The notes beneath the pieces were generated by a model that did not search any database, was not told where the DNA came from, and was given only the letters and a program-made list of their open reading frames with translations. A stretch of 64,000 nucleotides of DNA. It comes from Candidatus Harrisonbacteria bacterium CG10_big_fil_rev_8_21_14_0_10_40_38 (GTDB taxonomy: Bacteria; Patescibacteriota; Minisyncoccia; UBA6257; 1-14-0-10-40-38). The stretch is from contig PFAZ01000001.1 of NCBI GenBank assembly GCA_002773535.1, positions 241,579 through 305,578 on the forward strand, written 5' to 3'. The translations under genes and the position numbers were made by a program. Shown piece after piece: positions 10,242 to 18,896 of the stretch; within the stretch, counting starts at the first letter, position 1, and the number at the start of each line of letters is the position of its first letter.

Positions 10242-12056
10242 ATGAAAACTGAAGACAAAAAACTAGACGAAATCAGACATTCTCTTGCTCACCTACTGGC
10301 AGCGGCTGTACTTGATGAATTTCCAGACACGCTACTAGGCATTGGTCCAACAATCGATAACGGCTTCTACTACGACTTAAAGTTTAAAAAGCCTATCTCT
10401 CCAGAAATATTAAAATCCCTAGAAGAAAAAATCAGGCGCTATATAAAAGCGTCCCTTCCGTTTTCTGGAGAAAAAATAACTTCCACAAAAGCAAAAAAAC
10501 TTTTTAAAGATCAACCATTTAAACTCGAACTCATAAACGAATTTTCAAAAGAAGGTAAAGATCTAACCATTTATCACACATGGAGTAAAGAAAAAAATAT
10601 TCACCTTGGTAAACATGTCACATGCAACATGTCACATTCCGCATGCTTCATAGACCTCTGCCGCGGCGGCCACGTCAAAAACACAAGCGAAATAAATCCT
10701 GACGGCTTTAAGCTAAGCCATCTCGCAGGAGCATATTGGAGAGGCGACGAAAAAAATCCTCAACTTACAAGAATTTATGGATTGGCTTTCAAAACAAAAA
10801 AAGAACTCGATGAATACATAGAAATGTTTGAGGAGGCAAAACGCCGAGATCACAAAAAACTTGGTTATGAACTCGATTTATTTACGTTTTCAAACCTCGT
10901 TGGCGCAGGATTTCCCCTCTTTACCCCAAGAGGCACCATAGTAAGAGACCTACTAGATTCATTTGTTTGGGAATTAAGAAGGGAAGCAGGTTACGAAAGA
11001 GTAGATATACCTCATATTACAAAAAAAGAACTGTATGAAACTTCCGGTCATTGGGAAAAATTTCAGGACGAACTTTTTAAAATCAAAACCCGTGAAGGTC
11101 ATTTCTTTGCAATGAAACCAATGAACTGTCCGCACCACGCCCAGATTTATGCGCGCAAACAACAAAGCTACAGAGACCTCCCTCAAAGATATGCCTCAAC
11201 CACAAAAGTCTACAGAGATGAACAGACTGGAGAACTATCAGGCCTTGCAAGGGTGAGATCCATCACACAAGACGATGCCCACGTTTTCTGCAGATTAAAT
11301 CAGGTAGAAGAAGAAATTGGAAAAATCTGGCACATTATAGACACATTTTATGGCTCATTTGGATTTGAGCTAAACGTACGCCTCTCACTCCGTGACGAAA
11401 AGCAAAAAGAAAAATATCTTGGAAGCGATGAAAGCTGGAAAAAAGCAGAAAAAGCGCTAAAGAAAATAATGGAGGACAAAAAAGCTTTTGATAAAGACCG
11501 CGTAGATATAGGCGGAGCTGCATTTTATGGACCAAAAATAGACTTTACCGCAAAAGACTCCATCGGCAGAGAATGGCAGATTGCGACAATTCAACTCGAT
11601 GTAAATCAGCCTGAAAGATTTGATCTTTCCTGCATAAATGAAAAAGGTGGAAAAGAGCGCATTGTCATGATCCACGCCGCCATCATGGGTTCCATTGAAC
11701 GCTTTATGGCAACTCTTATCGAACACACCGCAGGACTTTTCCCTCTCTGGCTTGCGCCAACCCAGATTCGCATTCTTCCCATAAGCGACAAATTCACAAA
11801 ATATGCGGAAAGTATAAAAGAAGAATTACAGAGCCACAACCTGCGAGTAGACCTCCCTTCGGCAGACGAAACATTAGGTAAAAGAATCAGGCAATCCGAA
11901 ATCGAAAAAATCCCCTACATAATTGTCGTGGGTGAAAAAGAACAAAAAGAAAAAAATATAAGCATTAGATCCCTAGTCTCAAAAGAACAAAATACCGAAA
12001 CTCTAAAAGACTTTATCGAAAAAACCGAAAAACTCATAAAAGAAAAAAAATCATAA
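10242..12056 (+). CDS. thrS: Threonine--tRNA ligase
   Basis: RHSLAHLLA, DLCRGGH, KPMNCPHH, HAAIMGSIERF; start set at ATG 10242. Confidence 0.97.
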   Translation: MKTEDKKLDEIRHSLAHLLAAAVLDEFPDTLLGIGPTIDNGFYYDLKFKKPISPEILKSLEEKIRRYIKASLPFSGEKITSTKAKKLFKDQPFKLELINEFSKEGKDLTIYHTWSKEKNIHLGKHVTCNMSHSACFIDLCRGGHVKNTSEINPDGFKLSHLAGAYWRGDEKNPQLTRIYGLAFKTKKELDEYIEMFEEAKRRDHKKLGYELDLFTFSNLVGAGFPLFTPRGTIVRDLLDSFVWELRREAGYERVDIPHITKKELYETSGHWEKFQDELFKIKTREGHFFAMKPMNCPHHAQIYARKQQSYRDLPQRYASTTKVYRDEQTGELSGLARVRSITQDDAHVFCRLNQVEEEIGKIWHIIDTFYGSFGFELNVRLSLRDEKQKEKYLGSDESWKKAEKALKKIMEDKKAFDKDRVDIGGAAFYGPKIDFTAKDSIGREWQIATIQLDVNQPERFDLSCINEKGGKERIVMIHAAIMGSIERFMATLIEHTAGLFPLWLAPTQIRILPISDKFTKYAESIKEELQSHNLRVDLPSADETLGKRIRQSEIEKIPYIIVVGEKEQKEKNISIRSLVSKEQNTETLKDFIEKTEKLIKEKKS

Positions 12057-12125
12057 AAAAAGGCCGCAGAAGACACGCTTTCGCGTATCTCCCACGGCCC
12101 GAGGAGAACCGACCACAAGGCCGGA

Positions 12126-12692
12126 TCAGGTTGTAGTCGCTACAGGAGTTTCTTCTGTCTTTGTCTTCGACTTATCAACAACGCCTGCGCCACTGTCCGA
12201 CTTCTCTTCCGTTTCTTCAATCTCACCCTTGACGCTCTCTGGCTTCATCACCCCATCGAATAGATCTTTAACCGAAGCACTATAGCACTCCGAGGCAAAA
12301 TATGACATACGACAAGCAGCAACTTGAGGCGTGAATCTGAGAGCTTCAGCCAATTTCTGGAAAACCCTCGTCTTCTGCTCCTCTGAAAACTCCGACGAGC
12401 GAACAAAAAAATTCTCAATCTCGGACATGAGCCACATGACGCGACTTATATTATTCGCGCCACACGCCTCTTCGTAATTACCTTCACATGTTGCCCTCAC
12501 CATTGAGCCAACAACAGTAACTGCATCTTCGAGGTTCAGTGCACCTATGCGCTCAGCAGTTTCGGAAGGGCTCTCTGCTCTGCCTTTGGGAATCACCCTA
12601 AGCCTCTGTATGAAAGTACCCAAAACCCTCCAGGTATCGCGAATCACAATTCGTCCACCCTGTTCCGCAGGTTGTTTTTCGCCGTTCGCCAT
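12126..12692 (-). CDS. Hypothetical protein (orphan with own promoter and SD)
   Basis: 188-aa ORF, aaggag SD, TTGACA-like -35 upstream. Confidence 0.65.
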   Translation of the reverse strand: MANGEKQPAEQGGRIVIRDTWRVLGTFIQRLRVIPKGRAESPSETAERIGALNLEDAVTVVGSMVRATCEGNYEEACGANNISRVMWLMSEIENFFVRSSEFSEEQKTRVFQKLAEALRFTPQVAACRMSYFASECYSASVKDLFDGVMKPESVKGEIEETEEKSDSGAGVVDKSKTKTEETPVATTT

Positions 12693-12780
12693 TATCTCAC
12701 TCCTTACGTGATGGTGTATGATTTGTCAACGATTCCAAAGATACACTATCAAGTATTTACATATCTTGTCAATGACAAGC

Positions 12781-14244
12781 CTAAGTCCTCTCACGAATCA
12801 TTCTTTGTAGCACTTCAGGATTCCCCTTCCCTTTGAGTTCTGCCATTGCCTTTCCAACGAGAAACTGCAATGCATTTTCCTTCCCGTTTTTAAAATCACT
12901 GACAGCCGAAACATTTGTTTCAATCACTCTTCGCACAACATCCAAAAGCGCTTCTTCATCAGAAATCTGATGTAAATCCTGTTCCTTAAGTACCGTATGC
13001 GGATCAGCTCCAGTCTGCATCATTGAACGCAATATATCTTTTGCTGATCTACTTGAAACCGTATTGTGAGAGATTAGCTCAACGAGATCAGCAAAATTTT
13101 CAGGCGTGATTTTTAATTCCTCAAATTTAATTCCATTTTCTATCATAAGTCCTCGAAGATCAGAAGTAAGATAGTTAAAAAGAAGCTTTATCTCCTGCGC
13201 CAAGTTTTGGTTGTCTTCGCTCATAAGTTCCGAAACAGAATCTTCAAAATGCGAAGCGAGACGAGGATCAGAAACAAGAAGATCCGCCTGTGGCTCACTC
13301 AAATCAAATTCTTTTGCAAACCTTATCCGCTTCTGAGCAGGAAGTTCTGGTATTGATAATTTAATATCGTTAAGAGGAAATCTCGACAAATCCAATGGCG
13401 GCAAATCCGGTTCCGGGAAGTATCTATAATCATGTGCCTCCTCTTTTGTTCTTTGCGACACTGTCTCACGCGAAGATTCATTCCATCCCCTTGTTTCATG
13501 TTTTACCTCGCCACCTTCTTCCAAAACCATTCGCTGTCTCTGTAGCTCATACTCAATAGCATCATGAACCGCGCGAAAAGAATTAATATTTTTTACTTCA
13601 ACTTTTGTCCCAAAAACAAGTTCTCCGTCATGAATTTTTCCCAAACTCACATTTGCCTCAACTCTCATCTGCCCCCTATCCATATCCGCATACGAAACCG
13701 ACAAATATCGCAAAATAAGTTGCAACTCTTTTGCAAACGCAACTGCATCATCCGCATTTCGTATATCCGGCTCTGTTACAAGCTCCATGAGCGGCACACC
13801 TGCCCTATTAAAATTAACCAGACTTGAATCACTTTTGGAATTTAGTGCTTGTAATTTGGAGTTTTCGTGTGTGAGCGCTCCCGTATCTTCCTCCAAGTGA
13901 ACTCTCCTCAGTCGGACTCCTTTTAGAACTCCTCCAAAAACAAGGGGCTGATCATATTGTGAAATCTGATATGCCTTTGGCAAATCAGGATAAAAATAAT
14001 TTTTCCTATCAAATTTTGAAACCGCGGGAATATCTCCCTGCAGAGCCATGCCAACTTTGATAACTGACTCAATAGCTTTTTTATTCGCAGTCGGCATCGC
14101 CCCGGGATGAGCAAGGCATATGGGGCAGACATTAATGTTTGGATGCTCCTCATCGGGATCGTTTTTGCAATCACAAAACATCTTGGTCTTTGTATCAAGT
14201 TCTGCGTGAATTTCAAGGCCTATTACAGGCACATAAGTAGCCAT
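12781..14244 (-). CDS. gatB: Asp/Glu-tRNA amidotransferase subunit B
   Basis: VIGLEIHAEL, RKNYFYPDLPK, DYRYFPEPDLPP. Confidence 0.98.
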   Translation of the reverse strand: MATYVPVIGLEIHAELDTKTKMFCDCKNDPDEEHPNINVCPICLAHPGAMPTANKKAIESVIKVGMALQGDIPAVSKFDRKNYFYPDLPKAYQISQYDQPLVFGGVLKGVRLRRVHLEEDTGALTHENSKLQALNSKSDSSLVNFNRAGVPLMELVTEPDIRNADDAVAFAKELQLILRYLSVSYADMDRGQMRVEANVSLGKIHDGELVFGTKVEVKNINSFRAVHDAIEYELQRQRMVLEEGGEVKHETRGWNESSRETVSQRTKEEAHDYRYFPEPDLPPLDLSRFPLNDIKLSIPELPAQKRIRFAKEFDLSEPQADLLVSDPRLASHFEDSVSELMSEDNQNLAQEIKLLFNYLTSDLRGLMIENGIKFEELKITPENFADLVELISHNTVSSRSAKDILRSMMQTGADPHTVLKEQDLHQISDEEALLDVVRRVIETNVSAVSDFKNGKENALQFLVGKAMAELKGKGNPEVLQRMIRERT

Positions 14245-14355
14245 AGAACGCTTCTAATAATAACGAAAATTTGGCCTGAAAAAAAGTTTACCAAAACAGT
14301 CAAATCTGTTAACATTCCCCCAGCACCAAAACAACCAAACAAGAGAGGGAGTACC

Positions 14356-14973
14356 ATGCAAGAACGAGGAGTTTTTATTACTCTCGAAGGCATCGACGGA
14401 TCTGGTAAATCAACTGTTGCAAATCTACTTGAAGTGCTTGCTTTACAAGACGGCAGAATGCGTTGTGTCACTACAATGGAACCAACAGATGGTCCAACAG
14501 GAAAACTCATCCGAGATAAACTAGAAGGTAGATCACCGATCGAGAGCAACGAAGCTCTTCAAAGACTCTTCATCGAAGATCGTCTCGAACACGTAAATGA
14601 CTTCATTAGACCACATCTCAAAAGAGGATATCTCGTAATATCCGACAGGTACTGACTCTCGACACTCGCCTACGTCATGCTCACGGAAAGCGCTGACACA
14701 TTCATTGCGATCCATGAAGAAGTATTTGAAGGAAAGTTTCTTAAGCCACACCTTAGCTTCATCCTCGACCTATCAGTCCAAAAAGCTATGGAAAGAATCA
14801 TGTCTCGCGGCGAAGGATTCGACCATTTCGCAAAACAAGAGAAACTCGAAAAAATCAGAGTCAATTATCTTGAACTTTCAAGAACGCTACCTGACATCAT
14901 AGTGATGTCAGCAGAATTGAAACCAAAAGAAATTGCGAGAACAATCTGGTTCTATATCCAACCCCTTCTATAG
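14356..14973 (+). pseudogene. tmk: Thymidylate kinase interrupted by one in-frame TGA (14653-14655)
   Basis: FITLEGIDGSGKST P-loop, EPT, ISDRY*LSTLAY; the two listed ORFs share one frame and join to 205 aa. Confidence 0.85.
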
Positions 14974-14987
14974 AAAGGAAGAAGACA

Positions 14988-15773
14988 ATGAAAAGAGTAA
15001 AACCTGGGGTGTTTCTACTTTCGAGCCCAGAAATCGACGAAAATGCACTCGGAGAATACCTCGAATGGCTTGGCGCACTAGAATGGGAATCTGATGCCCC
15101 AAGTGACGCCGAGCTCATACCCGAAGTAGCAGGAAGGCTCTGCTACCGCAGCTTCGCGCCCGGACTCAATCCGAACGTGAAAAAGGTCCGAGGATCGAAC
15201 AAGGAATACTTAGAACACATTCTCGAAGTCGGCCACGGTTCGGTTCTCGAGCACGGAATGCTGACCTTCATCATCGTGAATGCTTCAAGAGTGTTCACGC
15301 ACGAATTGGTTCGCCACCGAGTCGGAGTTGGTATCTCGCAAGAAAGCCTACGATTCGTCCGCCTCACCGACCTCTCTTTCTGGGAGCCCGAATGGGCCCT
15401 CGAAGACACTGAGCTACAGCAACGAAATACCGAAATCATACGCCTCCTAGAGGAACATCAAGACTGGCTGGCGAAACACTTCGGTCTCGACGAAAGTGGG
15501 ATCAAATTCGAAGAAAAAAAGAAAAAAACATCGTACATGCGACGTTTTGCTCCCATCGGTCTGGCAACATCGATCTGCTGGTCATGCAACTTCAGAACAC
15601 TCCGACACGTGATCGAGATGCGTACGCATCCCGCAGCAGAAGAAGAGATAAGACTCATATTCGGTATGATCGCCAAGATAGCCCAGGAACGATATCCAAA
15701 CATCTTCGGCGACTATGAAGTCGAAATCATTGACAACCTCCCTCACTACAAAACACCTCATCGCAAGGTGTAA
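14988..15773 (+). CDS. thyX: FAD-dependent thymidylate synthase
   Basis: GHGSVLEH, SRVFTHELVRHR...SQESLR, AEEEIR. Confidence 0.95.
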   Translation: MKRVKPGVFLLSSPEIDENALGEYLEWLGALEWESDAPSDAELIPEVAGRLCYRSFAPGLNPNVKKVRGSNKEYLEHILEVGHGSVLEHGMLTFIIVNASRVFTHELVRHRVGVGISQESLRFVRLTDLSFWEPEWALEDTELQQRNTEIIRLLEEHQDWLAKHFGLDESGIKFEEKKKKTSYMRRFAPIGLATSICWSCNFRTLRHVIEMRTHPAAEEEIRLIFGMIAKIAQERYPNIFGDYEVEIIDNLPHYKTPHRKV

Positions 15774-15794
15774 AAAGAATTCTCAAACCCAAAG

Positions 15795-15826
15795 CGCCCC
15801 TTCCTACTCACAAGCAGGAAGGGGCG
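15795..15826. terminator. Hairpin between convergent thyX and dcd
   Basis: cgccccttcct/aggaaggggcg. Confidence 0.65.
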
Positions 15827-15846
15827 TATTCTATTTACATACCCCG

Positions 15847-16956
15847 CTAAAAAGATTTAAATTGTTTTGAAAGTCTTGGTGCATTAAATAACGAAGCATA
15901 ATTTGAATCTGGTAATATGTCGTAAGAAAGACTCGGTACTTCTGCCATTCTTTCAAATCTAATTTTCGCAACAGGTTGGTTTTTGCGAAAAGTAAGTGGT
16001 TCAAAAGGCCTTACCTCAAGAACAAGCCTCCTACCAACACCATCTCCACCATTTCCATACCCCCAACCAGGATCAATATACCCAGCATAATGAGAACGAA
16101 ACTCACCCGATCTGGCATCCATAGGAATCATTTCGCAAGCAAGATGAGATGGCACACGGACACATTCATCCGTCTGGAGTATATAAAATCTCCCCTGACG
16201 CAATTTAATAATCCCATCACGAGCCGCAATCGGACGAAAAAACTCTTCAGGTTCATACGCACCAATTTTAGAAAGATCCAAGATCTTATCTCCCTCAAGA
16301 CTCTCCCATCCAGAAATTTCAGAAGAAATCGCCAAAGTCAGTATTATAGAACCATCGCCATCCTTAACTGAAAAATTTTTATATTCAAATGGTTTTTGAG
16401 AGTCAAATTCCCAAAGAAGTTTATCCTTGTCAAAACTTTCAGTAAGATCATTTTCATTAAAACCCGTATCACTATTAAAAAATCTTATTTGCGAAAGAGA
16501 CATTCCATTCTCCATTTTAATAGCAAAAGAATTCGGCTGGATCACAAGCCAAAGTTCACCCGAGAAACCAGCGGGAGCAACAGTATCAAATCTCGACACA
16601 CCATCGGCGATAACACGAACCTGAATATCGTTTCTGCCTACACTCGATTTTGGATTACAATATGCAAAAACATCAGCCGGAAGTTTTAAAGACTCAGAAA
16701 GTTTCACAATATACGTCACTCCCCGCTCTAAAGGGGAAGAAATATTGTGAGGCAAAGCAGAAACAAGAGGAAGAAGATCCCGAACTTTCTCCCCGGATCG
16801 CGGCTGAAAAATTCCATCAATCCTATAAATCTCATCACTAATAGCAAGATCAAGTGAAGCAGGACGAATCCGTTTGGTATCTGATCCTTCAATCGAAGAA
16901 GAGTCCATGAGAGCACGAATCATTTGAGATGAAAAAGCACCAAAGCGATTAGGCAT
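15847..16956 (-). CDS. dcd: dCTP deaminase, long two-domain type
   Basis: RPASLDL, NPKSSVGR, GEFRSHYAGYIDPGWG, LVLEVR; start set at ATG 16956. Confidence 0.88.
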   Translation of the reverse strand: MPNRFGAFSSQMIRALMDSSSIEGSDTKRIRPASLDLAISDEIYRIDGIFQPRSGEKVRDLLPLVSALPHNISSPLERGVTYIVKLSESLKLPADVFAYCNPKSSVGRNDIQVRVIADGVSRFDTVAPAGFSGELWLVIQPNSFAIKMENGMSLSQIRFFNSDTGFNENDLTESFDKDKLLWEFDSQKPFEYKNFSVKDGDGSIILTLAISSEISGWESLEGDKILDLSKIGAYEPEEFFRPIAARDGIIKLRQGRFYILQTDECVRVPSHLACEMIPMDARSGEFRSHYAGYIDPGWGYGNGGDGVGRRLVLEVRPFEPLTFRKNQPVAKIRFERMAEVPSLSYDILPDSNYASLFNAPRLSKQFKSF

Positions 16957-17090
16957 ATGCCATATATTAGCACTCAAATAATCGCAATAAAAGCACAACA
17001 AAAATTTGACAAAATACACATTTATCAATAATCATATACTCGACACCTAAAGAACTCACACAAACTCTTTCATAGAAAAGGTCGGATAAG

Positions 17091-17324
17091 GTGGCTGAAA
17101 AGGCACGAGAAGAACTGGAAAAAATGTTTGATAATGTCGGCCTATTTTCCGAAGGTTTGGCAGTGGTTGAAAAGGATGGGAAAGAATTTCATATCCGACA
17201 TGATGGCTCTCCTGCATACGAGGAAAGGTTTGACAGCGCTAACTCCTTCTCTGAGGGAGTAGCATCTGTCAAAAAAGATGGCAAGTGGTTTAACATCCGC
17301 TACGACGGCACAAGAGTCGACTGA
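17091..17324 (+). CDS. Small WG-repeat protein
   Basis: Two FSEG(L/V)AxVxKDGKxFxIRxDG repeats. Confidence 0.8.
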   Translation: MAEKAREELEKMFDNVGLFSEGLAVVEKDGKEFHIRHDGSPAYEERFDSANSFSEGVASVKKDGKWFNIRYDGTRVD

Positions 17325-17435
17325 CTCTATTTCTCTTCTCCAAACAACAAGCCGCCCCATCTCACATGAGGCGGCCTTCTTTTTTTCTAACCCCACAAAA
17401 GGCACAGCAAAAAATATCAATTACTAAAACAAAAA

Positions 17436-17574
17436 CTTCCCCGTATTACTCTATAGAGGCTATCGGAGGCAAAATGCAACATTGGTATCTCTAAAATTAC
17501 ATTTTGCCGAGATGCAGGAGTCACTCACTGCTCAAAGTGAGTGAACTCCGACTCTAGAGAGTAATATGGGGAAG
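17436..17574 (+). repeat. Structured intergenic element, copy C
   Basis: Same 93-nt core as copy B but an unrelated 23-bp closing IR cttccccgtattactctatagag/ctctagagagtaatatggggaag. Confidence 0.9.
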
Positions 17575-17586
17575 AAAAACTCTTCA

Positions 17587-18012
17587 CTATTCTGTAATTT
17601 CTATTCCCATATTTTTTGCTGTGCCTGCAACAATCTTCATTGCTTGCTCAACATTTTCCGTATTCAAATCAGGTAGTTTAATTTCGGCTATAGCCTTGAG
17701 GTCAGCTTTCGTGACCTTGCCAACTTTCTTTTTATTCGCTTCCGATGAACCTTTTTCAACTGAAGCATATTTCTTAAGCAAAGCCGATGCCGGAGGAGTC
17801 TTTAAAATAAATGAAAAGCTCCTATCGTCATAAATAGTTATTTCAGCAGGAACAACGTCACCTGTCATGTCTTTTGTGGCGTCATTAAACTGCTTACAAA
17901 AATCCCCAATATTTATTCCATGAGGACCAAGAGCTGTTCCAACAGGAGGCGCGTGGTTTGCCTTTCCCGCCTCAAGCTGTAGCTTTAATACTGTTTTTAT
18001 TGGCTTTGACAT
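17587..18012 (-). CDS. rplK: 50S ribosomal protein L11
   Basis: [31 protein letters not shown]. Confidence 0.98.
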   Translation of the reverse strand: MSKPIKTVLKLQLEAGKANHAPPVGTALGPHGINIGDFCKQFNDATKDMTGDVVPAEITIYDDRSFSFILKTPPASALLKKYASVEKGSSEANKKKVGKVTKADLKAIAEIKLPDLNTENVEQAMKIVAGTAKNMGIEITE

Positions 18013-18096
18013 AATTTATGTCACTAGATAGTAACGAAATAATTAAAAATTTGCAAGTCCAAAACTAATGGCTTATCCCTAGCAACTAGAACCTCG

Positions 18097-18678
18097 TTAT
18101 ATCTTCTGCACCTGCAACGAATCAAGTTCTATCAAAGTATCTCTTCCGAATATCGGCACCAAAACTTTGACCTTGCCCTTTTCGCCATCAACTTCAGCAA
18201 CCTTGGCATCATAGTCTTTAAACGATCCGTCAGTGATCTTCACAAGATCCCCTACTTTTATATCAACATTAAACTTCGTATCCTTCTCTTCCATCCTCAC
18301 CATGATTGCATCAACTTCCTCTTTTGAAAGAGGCACTGGAGTTGTAGCATCAGGACCGACAAACCCAGTAACTCGTGGGGTGTTTCGAACAACATACCAC
18401 GAGTCATCAGCGAGTATCATATCAACGAGAACATACCCATGATAAATTTTCTCCTCTGTAACTCGCCTTTTACCGTTTTTGATTTTTACTTTTTTCTCTT
18501 TTGGGACAATAACATTAAAAATCTTGTCATTCATGGCAAGAGAGTCAACACGCTGTTTGAGGTATCTCGCAACAGCGTCCTCATATCCAGAATACGTATG
18601 GATTGCATACCAGTGCCTATTTGACTTCTGATCTTCTTCCTTTAGGTTTTTATCTCCTTTTAAAAGACGGTTTTCCAT
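18097..18678 (-). CDS. nusG: Transcription elongation factor NusG
   Basis: WYAIHTYSGYE, VRNTPRVTGFVG, KOW domain, IFGR. Confidence 0.97.
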   Translation of the reverse strand: MENRLLKGDKNLKEEDQKSNRHWYAIHTYSGYEDAVARYLKQRVDSLAMNDKIFNVIVPKEKKVKIKNGKRRVTEEKIYHGYVLVDMILADDSWYVVRNTPRVTGFVGPDATTPVPLSKEEVDAIMVRMEEKDTKFNVDIKVGDLVKITDGSFKDYDAKVAEVDGEKGKVKVLVPIFGRDTLIELDSLQVQKI

Positions 18679-18682
18679 AAAA

Positions 18683-18871
18683 TTAACCGATAATAAATAT
18701 TTCTAATACTCTGGTAAATCCAAAATCAAGAACACCAAGAAAAGCAGCGAGTCCCAAAGAGAACCCGATAACAATAAATGTTAGCTTTCTGGTCTCAATA
18801 AATGTAGGCCAGTTGATCCTCTTAAACTCCCTGCGGGATTCCTGAAGATAATTTGTAAGACGTTCAAACAT
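18683..18871 (-). CDS. secE: Preprotein translocase SecE
   Basis: EFKRINWPT plus one TM helix, upstream of nusG; start set at ATG 18871. Confidence 0.92.
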   Translation of the reverse strand: MFERLTNYLQESRREFKRINWPTFIETRKLTFIVIGFSLGLAAFLGVLDFGFTRVLEIFIIG

Positions 18872-18896
18872 ATTCGTAAAATAACAATTATAGTGG

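Noticed and set aside
14107-14355. N-terminal extension of Tmk
   Set aside because: Overlaps gatB antisense; SD and kinase homology start at 14356
14653-14655. Genetic code 25/4 (TGA as Gly or Trp) or selenocysteine
   Set aside because: Several genes end in TGA and long conserved genes have no internal TGA; the position is not a catalytic Cys and no SECIS-like hairpin is evident
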